A DNA stretch of 64,000 nt, taken from Eledone cirrhosa. Lineage: Eukaryota. A program made the translations under genes and the position numbers. The notes beneath the pieces were generated by a model that did no database searches, had not been told where the DNA came from, and was given only the letters and a program-made list of their open reading frames with translations. Numbering within the stretch: the first letter of the stretch is position 1; every line of letters starts with the position of its first letter. Of the stretch, positions 54,311-64,000 are shown in pieces. The stretch covers positions 216,256,001 through 216,320,000 of the forward strand of contig OZ024742.1 of the NCBI GenBank assembly GCA_964016885.1, written 5' to 3'.

Positions 54311-54715
54311 AATACTTCGAGGTATTCCTTCTACTATGACTACGCCTACTACCATGTCAACTAACACCGCTAATAACAACAACAACAACAATAATAATAA
54401 AAGTGTTGTTGATGTTGATGATTACTGAAGATTTTTTATAAGAACCCTAGAAAATGCTATTTTCCTCATTTCTAAAAATAGCAAAACAATTGATGCTTTG
54501 GATATAGGGTCAAATAGTAGTCGTTAGACATGCTCAACCAACTGTGACGCCTAAACCAATCAGCTTTAGTAATCTAGTGAAACTACACACCGATTGGTCG
54601 AAATACACTTTGCAAAATTAGCATTCTGTAGCCTCCTTTTTACTGTATATAAGGCACAGATCTTACCCATCTCATTACAGTCGAAGATTGCAAACTTGAC
54701 TGTCACCACTAAAAA

Positions 54716-54754
54716 TCAACCTGAAGATTGCGAAAGCATGAAAGTACCTGTTCA
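54716..54754 (+). ncRNA. Minimal hammerhead motif in the pLTR of copy B (cleavage-site U changed to C)
   Basis: tcaac CTGAAGA t tgc gaaa gca t GAAA gtac CT gttca. Confidence 0.65.
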
Positions 54755-54878
54755 ATTAACATTTAACACTTAATATACTACCATACTTTTTCATTATAAT
54801 ATCATTATAATTTTAAAGGATTGTAAATAAAACGAGTAAATCAGACAAAGTTGGAATTCCTTTTATTAATATATATAT

Positions 54879-54918
<40 letters not shown>

Positions 54919-54987
54919 GCGCGTGTGTGTGTGCACGTGAGAGAGAGAGAGTGAGCGAGTATGCATATGAGTTTATGCTTATGTATA

Positions 54988-55137
<150 letters not shown>

Positions 55138-55776
55138 CGTGTATGTGTGTTTGTGTGTATAATTTGTGTAGAATTCCCACCGTTTTTCTCAGATTTAATA
55201 GTAGTTATAAATGAACCAAGGTTGTTCTTAATGAATGCATATTTGGTTTACAGTTGATTTCAAGTATCCTGTAAGCATCGTGTCTGGTGGCATTAGCTTA
55301 CATACATTGTTGTTGCTGCTCATTTGTTTCTCTTGCACTTGGCAGTAGAAGGGATTGGTAATATGAGTTATCATTTCTGGGGCATTATTGATGAAAATAT
55401 AATCAATAAAAATGCAATTTATATCACAGAAAATGTAAATTTAAATACAAATGCATTTGTAAGATAAAATAACGACACAGATGATTTGCATATGTGAGCA
55501 CTGATTGTTTAATTCGAGTTAGATAAAATATCAAACTAAAAACAAAATAGAGAGAGTGGCAGAAATATGAAAATGAAAGAAAATGAAATATAGGAAATAA
55601 AAGATATAAGAAGCGATTGAGAAAGAAGAGACAAAGAATTAAATAGAGGAGATGGAGGAAACTGAAAGTAAGGGGTGATAGTTATATGGTGGGAAATGGC
55701 ATTAGGAGATGATAAGATTATTAACAACAGACACTAATGAAAGCGGAGTTGACAACTGTAGGGATTATATTATCGA

Positions 55777-55967
55777 GGCGGTGGATTGGCAGTATCGGTA
55801 GAGAGTCGGGCGTCATGCTTTGAAGCATAGAGTTACCTCCCTTTATGATCTGAGTTCAAATCCGGCCGAGGTTAACTTTGCCTTTCATCCTTACGGGGTC
55901 GATAAAATAAAGTACCAGTAATGCACTGGTATAATTGCTGGCCTGGTGCCAAAAGTAGAAACAATTA
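55777..55967 (+). mobile_element. SINE; target-site duplication attatcga
   Basis: Same family. Confidence 0.92.
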
Positions 55968-56140
55968 TCGATGCGGTAGTCTTTTTCGTAGCATTGTGGG
56001 TGTTTGTTGACCCTGGGACGCTCATAAATTAGGTACCAGCCAAGTATTAGCTGATATAATCGATTGCTGCACCACCACACACACACACCCGGGTATTTAT
56101 GGTTTTGTGTCTGTGTAAGAAATCATTATTGATAGAAACA

Positions 56141-56971
56141 TCTCTCTCTATATAAAATTAAGTATGTGTCTATGTGTCTGTCTGTCTGTGTGTCTGTGTA
56201 TTACCTATAGGGGCCTACATCTTACGACCGATTTTCATGAAAATTTACAGGCACATAGATTAGTCATCGGGGAGTGTTTTCTATATATCAGCGTATCGTT
56301 TTTTTTTTTATTCCGGCGTCATTCTGCAGATAAAAAATCGATAGGAGGGGGGGGGGTCACCTTTTTTTAGGTATCGAAAAATAAGATTTTTGGCTCTAGC
56401 TCCTACATTTCGCCACCGATTTCGTTCAAATTTTCAACCAAAATAGAATTTATCATTGCACATCCTGTAATGGCTTTATATTTTGCATTTCTTCTTCAGG
56501 GACGGCGTTGCAACCGCTTAAATATTCAAAAATACCACTTTTAGACACAAATTTCCATTTTTCTGGCTCACGCTCGCACATTAATCAACCTCTCTTGTTC
56601 AAATTTTACACTATGCTGGATCTGATTATTTTACGTCTTAAAGTGGCTTTATATTTTTGATCTTTTGTTCAGGAACGGCGTGGCAGCCTCTTAAATATTC
56701 GAAAATACCACGTTTTCGCTTAAATTTCCGCCTTTTCGGCTCTAGCTCCCACATTTTTCAACCGATTTCGTTCGAATCGAAACTCCCTCCCCAGCATGCC
56801 CCTTCGTCAGTCACCAGAGTTTCTCAGTGATAGACGTCATCACCACGTTCCCCCGTATGGCCTGTGTGGGGCCATAGATTAGTCATCGAGAAGCAGTCGC
56901 TAAGATCAACACCTTTTCATCAAAGCAGATATTATTTTACCTACCCAGGCAACGCTGGGTACTGCTGCTCG
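56141..56971 (+). mobile_element. Non-autonomous Helitron-like element with ~175-bp internal tandem repeats
   Basis: A|TC start, (GTCT)n, accgattttcatgaaaattt, tandem units ~56375-56775, 3' hairpin acccaggcaacgctgggt, CTCG|T end. Confidence 0.72.
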
Positions 56972-58514
56972 TCATTAATAAAAGCGTAATTTTGATTTAA
57001 AGAGAAATTTAAGAAATGTCATTTTAAATTGAAATACAATTACAAGTTAAAGGGTATGAGAAATCAATTCACAAATGTGAAATATATATGTCTAATTCAA
57101 AATGATATGGAAATGCAAACACATTATAGAGATAGGCAAAAAATGGAAACTGAAAGAATGGTAGATAGAAATAGAGAGAGAAGTAGGAAAAGAAAAAAAA
57201 GCAAGGAATGAAAGAGGAAATGAGAGGCTGCTGAATGGACGTACAATATGTTAATTGTATGAGAGATAGTGGTACAAAGAGACAGCGAAGTGAAATACAT
57301 AGATTCAGCACCGTAGTGCCAACAAACACGAATGCTACATACAAAACAATATCGAATAGAAAAGAAGACGTGTATCACTCGTACTTATTTCACAATTGAC
57401 CAACTGATATTTAATGTGCTCTAGCTGAAATTATGGGTTTCTCTACACCTACTTTTCTTTTGGTTTTGTGTTTCTTTTGAGACAGAGTGAGAGTGAATGA
57501 GTGAGGGAGAGAGAGAGATTTAGTCATTTAAAAAATGATGGTTCACTTCAAGTGCAACAATTTTCGATTACATCAGACAATATCAATTGTGATAATAGTT
57601 TCCATGCTACCATGGAAAAATTGTTCTCTTTTTTGCCTATAGAATAGTAATGGAATGTTCATTAGATGTTTTGAGATATGCTGCCTAATGCAATTGTTTC
57701 ATAATGTAATGCTTTTCCTAAAGAATTCATTAGCTCGACTGTTTAACGCAAGTTACTATAATGTAGTTTGCCTGTGTATCTGTAACATTAAATCTGGATT
57801 ATACGAAGTTGTAAATATATTTCGTCATCAACAGGAATCAGAAATGTAACGTTTTAGTGACCCCATTCATTTTTATATTCGTATATGGTGACACAAACTT
57901 ACACATGTACATTATTAAAAAAAATGTCACATTAGATATTTTACACAATAACTTATTAATTAATTACAAAAAAAAAAAGGAATTCAATGCGGTGAGTGCA
58001 TTTAATTTTGGTGAGTATTAAGGAATGCTAAGTTAAATGATGATAAACTGCGAGTGCATTCTTCTCTTGAATCTAAACAATAGCTAACGGCTTTGTACTT
58101 TTAGAGAGAATGTATGGAAAGAAATGTTGCTAGCTTGAATACAAACGAGCAGAATTTCTGGGAGAATTTTTTGGATTGTTCAAGGAGCTGAAATAATCAT
58201 ACTGCTATATAAACCTCTGTCAGAAAATGTTCTAGCGAGGTACGTGAGTCAAAGAGGAAGGGGCCTTAAAATGTTAATATGAGAGGTGAAAGGTTAATAA
58301 ACCCAACAAACGGCATCAATCAAAGCAGCAAATATACAATTTATAGTGAGCCTGTTCAATGGAAAAGGCAAACTTATTAATATTTCTTACTGTGCACAAA
58401 GGGAGGTTGAGAAATGTTGAGTGTTTCCAAACTCTACCCAGATTAACGAAATTTAGTTTTAAAAAAAATAGGGAAATATACGAACAGAAAACAATATAAT
58501 TTGATTTTATTATA

Positions 58515-58724
<210 letters not shown>

Positions 58725-58996
58725 AATATGCACGTTTGTTTTTCCCCACTTTTTCCTCGTTTTTCCCCGTTCCTTCATCTTTTCACTCTCTACCTTTCTA
58801 TTTCATCTTCTGTTTCCAGCTCCGTCTTCTGATGAAAGATTAGTGTCCGTAACGTTGAGACTATTTTCCTATTGCAAGTGCTAATATATTTCTTCAATGG
58901 ACAGTCGTTTGCTTTGTTATCTCTGTGTTTAATTTCTTTTACACACACACACACAAATACACACACGCACATAAACACACACACACACACACACAC

Positions 58997-59032
<36 letters not shown>

Positions 59033-59154
59033 TTGTTTCTCCTAGTTATGTTGTAACTTCCTGGTAATAAGCAGGTACTAGTGATCCAAAGGTCTACACG
59101 TCAGTAGTTTATCCCAGGTAAATGATATTGAGTGGCGGAGTATTCATTTATCAA

Positions 59155-59334
59155 ATAATTGTTTCTATTTTAGGCACAAGGCCACCAAAACCCAGTATAT
59201 TACTGGTACTCTATTTTATCCACCCCGTAAGGATGAAAGGCAAAGTTAACCTCGGCGGGATTTGAACTCAGACCATAAAGAGCCGTAACTCTTTGCTGCA
59301 AAGCATGGCGTCTGACCCTCTACCGATACTGGCG
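59155..59334 (-). mobile_element. SINE
   Basis: Same family. Confidence 0.92.
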
Positions 59335-59659
59335 ATAAGACGGGGTTAAATCACCATAATTGTTTATTATATTATAAATATTTCTGTTACATGTTTAGTC
59401 ATGTGTGTTAGTTAGATGCTTATGCAATCATATGTGCATTTATGCAATCATTGTGATATGACGGTGGCCATGCACATCCATCCCGGGGTGAACTACTTCA
59501 CCATTATTTTATATATATATATATATATATTTCAATCAAGTGCACCCCCTTCGCTTCTCCAATCATATCGGCTCCAAAACCTATATCGCCAGGGCCGGTA
59601 GTTATTTTATCGAAAGCTTTTTTGTTAGATAGGTAGATTTCATATATATGTGTGTGTAT

Positions 59660-60130
59660 ATATATAAGTATGTATACGTACATACATATATGTATACAGA
59701 CGTACAGTAGTATGTGTATATATATATACATACATGCACACATATATATATGTACATATGGGTTTACCGAACATTTATTATAATGTTCGTTTTTTTTGTA
59801 AATAAACAGCCAGAATTAAGCCGTACAATGTTCAGCAACAATCGTTGCCCTTTTGTTCAACACTGACAAAGGAACGATGAACTAGTTTCAAGCTTATTAG
59901 CTATCGTCAGCATCGTATACCTTACTGTCAGATGATTGAACGTTTGAAAGTATATACTTTCCTTATGCATATTAACGGCTTAATTCGGGCTGTTTGTTTA
60001 CAAACAAACCAAACATTATAATAAATGCTCGGTAAACCTATATATATATATATATGGGCATGTATGTATATATATACATACTACTGTACGTCTGTATACA
60101 TATATGTATTTACGTATACATACTTATATT
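59660..60130. repeat. Inverted repeat (~165-bp arms, ~150-bp spacer) enclosing a hammerhead
   Basis: Arms ~59660-59825 and ~59975-60130. Confidence 0.85.
59874..59916 (-). ncRNA. Minimal type I hammerhead ribozyme, core intact (43 nt)
   Basis: Minus strand: acgatg CTGACGA t agct aata agct t GAAA ctag TT catcgt. Confidence 0.88.
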
Positions 60131-60183
60131 TATGTAACAGTCGTACTAAGAGTGAGAAATGAAATTTCGTTTCATTTTTTTCC

Positions 60184-60235
<52 letters not shown>

Positions 60236-60238
60236 TCT

Positions 60239-61170
60239 AACCGTGACTAATCCCACTGAAAAGTTTCGTGAAATAGTCTTTTTAAGACTATATAGACCAT
60301 TTGTAGTTTTTCCAAATTGAAGGATGAGTATGTAAACTTTATTTTATTCTGAGTTAAGGTTCTATTGGATTTCACAAAATCTGTGGATAAAATCTCTGTC
60401 TTGATTTTATTTTAATTAAGTTTGAATTATTTTCCCATATCTTGCGTTAATTATTTTCCATTTTGACGTTATAGTCACATATATATTATGAAATACTGTT
60501 GGCTTCTTGCTCACATTAATTTCTATATTTTCATTTATATTTATACTCAGAATTTTTCCTAGAGTGCTTAAAATTATTTGTGACTAATCCCGGTCTTTTT
60601 TTTTTTAAAACCGCGATAATATTGCTATTTTGCTGAACTCCTTACATTTTGTAGAGTTTTTGGGGAATGATTTTGAAAGCTGTTTCTTGTAAATAGACAT
60701 TCCTCTCATTCTGACGTCACCCGCCATGTCTCTCCATGTGTGTTTATTTTCATAATTCCGCACGAGGTGAACTAGCCTGCTTTTAAATTCCATTTTTGGT
60801 ATATTTTGGCAGTGGTATTTTGTTTATCGCGTTGAGCTCTACTGAGGAAAGACTCCAACCGTGACTAATCCCACTGAAAAGTTTCGTGAAATAGTCTTTT
60901 TAAGACTATATAGAGCATTTGTAATTTTTCCAAATTGAAGGATGAGTATTTAAACTTTATTTTAATCTGAGTTAAGACTCTATTGGTTTTTTCCCTGGAT
61001 TTCACAAAATCTGTGGATAAAATTTCAGTCTTGATTTTTTTTCAATTGAGTTTGAATTAATTTCCCATATCTTGCGTTAATTATTTTCCATTTTGACGTT
61101 ATAGTCACTTATATATTATGAAATACTGTTGGCCTCTTGCTCACATTAATTTCTATATTTTCATTTATAC
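60239..61170 (+). mobile_element. Partial tandem (~305-bp direct repeats at a 618-bp period), pLTR/retrozyme-like
   Basis: 60239-60540 resembles 60857-61170; a hammerhead spans the start of the second repeat. Confidence 0.8.
60836..60916 (+). ncRNA. Type I hammerhead with a long stem III, core intact
   Basis: gctcta CTGAGGA aagact..agtttcgt GAAA tagtctt ttt aagacta TA tagagc. Confidence 0.82.
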
Positions 61171-61225
61171 ATATATATGTATATACATATATATGAAATC
61201 TACCTATCCAACAATATATATATAT

Positions 61226-61370
61226 ATCAGAATGTTGGCGACAAAAACCAGCACTCGATACTTCGGGTAGTAGAGTGGTTAATATGAAAAATTCGGGATC
61301 CCGACAGCTATTTCGGTTCAATCTGTTGAAATGGCAGGAGCTCAGCCGTCGGAGTCCCTAACTTTTCATA
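61226..61370. mobile_element. Decayed member of the terminal-hairpin family
   Basis: actcgatacttcgggtagtagag, then tatgaaaa..cccgacagct..agccgtcggagtccc..ttttcata. Confidence 0.7.
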
Positions 61371-61738
61371 TGTTTATAGGTATATATATATATATATGTG
61401 TGTGTGTGTATGTATTTATGTGTGTAGCGCGTACTTATGTGTGTGTGTGCGTGATGGAATCCACAGTTGTATATCTAGCGAGACTAACAACTGGTCTATA
61501 AGAAGAGAGAGAGAAAATTGCCAACATTTTACTTGCATCGGTACAACATCCAGCGTTTCTGTTGATGTAACGTCCTGACAAGCTCTCTAATAATATTCTT
61601 CGATGTCAATCTTGTTTCTGATCATTTTTATCGATTTTCTTTCCCAGTAATGTCAGCAATCTTATGTATTTTTGTGTGCACAAAACACGCATACACGAAC
61701 ATTAATACACACACGCTTACACACAAACACGTATATAC

Positions 61739-61769
<31 letters not shown>

Positions 61770-61827
61770 TATATATATATATATGTGTGTGTATGTGTAT
61801 GTGTGTGTATGTATGTATGTGTGTGTG

Positions 61828-61896
<69 letters not shown>

Positions 61897-62060
61897 GTCA
61901 TTGGGAGAAAAGAAGGAAAAGAAAAGCACGGAATCTAAAATGGAAAAAAAAATAGGAAATTCAAGTAGAGAGTGACTGGCAGAGAAAGAAAAGCGACCAT
62001 AGGAGAAAGAGAGTGTGAACGTGTGTATACACTTGTGAGAGAAATGGAGAGAGAGAGAGA

Positions 62061-62138
<78 letters not shown>

Positions 62139-62447
62139 GAAAAGAGCGAGGAGGGGAGAAAGAGGGAGTAAAGTGGATAAGATTTCCCGTCTGTCTGAAT
62201 TCAGTTTTTCTGATAACATTTTCAAACTTTTTCTTTAACATAGATTTTTATAGTCTTCATTATATTTTTCTTTATGATGTTCATTCTCTGGGTATTAAGA
62301 TTACTTTAGAATAGTTCATAGCTGAAGAATAACGTAGGAATAAGCGAAGAGTCAAAGTAGAATATAAATATAAGGAATAGGAAAAAAGAAAAAAAATATA
62401 TATGCATATATAGATAAGCACACACACACACACACACACGCACACAC

Positions 62448-62480
<33 letters not shown>

Positions 62481-63378
62481 CATATATATATATAAACGTA
62501 CAAACATATCAACACATACACATGCGCATATCTCTCCCGCTTTCTCTCTCTCTCTATGTATATATATATATGTGTGTGTGTGCGTGTGTGCGTCTGTGTA
62601 TGCATGTGTGTGCGTGTGTGGGGTGGGGGTGGGGGTGTCTGTGTGCGTGTGTGTTTTGTGTGTGTGTGTATGTTTGTGTGTGTATACAAAACTGAAAGGG
62701 ATTGGCTATTGATCTGTTCCAAGCAGATCGTACTTTTCTCAAGTGAAATTTTTCCATGATGCTTAGGTGAGTGGAAATACAGGAGATATAAAATATAGAA
62801 AAATGAAGTCACACACAGTGCTAGGATAGAAGATGGGAGGAGAAAGAGAAATTGGAAGGTATGATATGGAGGAAAAGTGTAGGATTCAGACGGCAAAAAT
62901 GATGAGTCGAAGTAGGATACGACTGGGTGTGGGAGGGGAAATGTGATAGTAAAATGAATTTAAGAAATGCATAGGAGGTAGAAATAGAGATGTAATATAC
63001 CGAAAGAGAGATAAGAAAGACAGCAGACAAAGAGTGCTGAAGTGAGGGAGAAGGGGAGAGATAGTATGAGAGAGATTAGAGAGAATGAGATTGTATAAAA
63101 GAGATATGCAAGGAAATGTTTGAAAAGAGAAAATACAAGAGAAAGAGAGTTAGAAAGAGTTAAGAATGTAGAGTGTCAGTAAATAAAGATAAGGTAAAGT
63201 AGGATTTAACATACTAATTGGATCAAAGCATAGAAAGTGAGGATCAAGTCCTCCCAATCCTAACAACCAGTCTCTTCAACATAGATTCTAACTTGGAAAT
63301 ATCTTGAAAAAGTCTAAGAATTTCAAAATATTTTTATATACTCTTCTATTTTATTTCACTTTATCAGTCTTGTTTTCG

Positions 63379-63438
<60 letters not shown>

Positions 63439-64000
63439 GACAGACGGACAGACAGAGACAGACAGACAGACAGACAAGATACACATATACATATATATAC
63501 ATACATTCATACACACACATATATATACATATTTATATATATATGTGTGTGTGTGTGCGTGTTCATATGTATGTGTGCATAATACACATCTGAGAATTGG
63601 TTACATGACTGTATGTATGTGTGCGTTCCAGTATTTCTATTTTCCTTTCATTGATATTTGACTTTAACCTCAATCATGTTGTGACTTTGTTTCCTTCAGA
63701 TTTGAAAATCGGAAATAAATGCCAATTGTTATATCTAGTTTTCTGTTTCTATCTGTTTTTTTTTATATTTTATTTGACGGTTATTCTTTAAAATATGTTT
63801 TGTAAACATTGATTGAAGCGTAAAGTCTCGTATTATACTTTGTTGTATATTTTCCATTCTTTCATCTTTTTTTTTTTACTTCTTATTACCTTCACTAAGC
63901 AATTTTTTTTATATTTCTTTTCATACACAAATATGTGATAGATAACTTTACACATTCTTACGTATTTAAAGATGTAGACTTGTATGCATTATACACATTA

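Larger units (their letters stand above)
51903..54870 (+). mobile_element. Penelope-like retroelement, Neptune-like, copy B (5'-truncated)
   Basis: RT, GIY-YIG and 3' UTR/pLTR, ending in (TA)n. Confidence 0.95.

Overview
AT-rich, microsatellite-saturated eukaryotic DNA; the SINE family and repeat content suggest an octopod cephalopod (inference). I can support no host protein-coding exon, and most ORFs in the track are (TA)n/(CA)n/(GA)n artefacts. The window is a graveyard of retroelements. (1) Penelope-like elements (PLEs, RT + GIY-YIG) of two types: a Neptune-like family in two copies (1-2520, 51903-54870) plus a fragment at 36.1-36.7 kb, and a CxC/YRDD type tentatively assigned to the Hydra clade (8026-10593, 15.8-16.7 kb, 29.6-30.3 kb, 49.2-49.5 kb). 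(2) A near-full-length, disrupted L1/Tx1-clade LINE (16659-21997). (3) RTE-clade fragments, one with a twin-priming-type 5' inversion. (4) About 20 copies or fragments of a tRNA-derived SINE. (5) Three non-autonomous Helitron-like elements. The strongest hidden signal is RNA-structural: by eye I count about 18-20 type I hammerhead ribozyme motifs from about a dozen unrelated sequence families. Most have palindromic stem III, several share a U.U pair at the base of stem II, and most sit in short non-coding TA-flanked units arranged as foldback palindromes or partial tandem repeats, i.e. PLE pseudo-LTR or retrozyme-like units. A separate ~200-bp TA-flanked family carries a long terminal hairpin and remains unexplained. 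All structures were folded by hand and none has been tested computationally.
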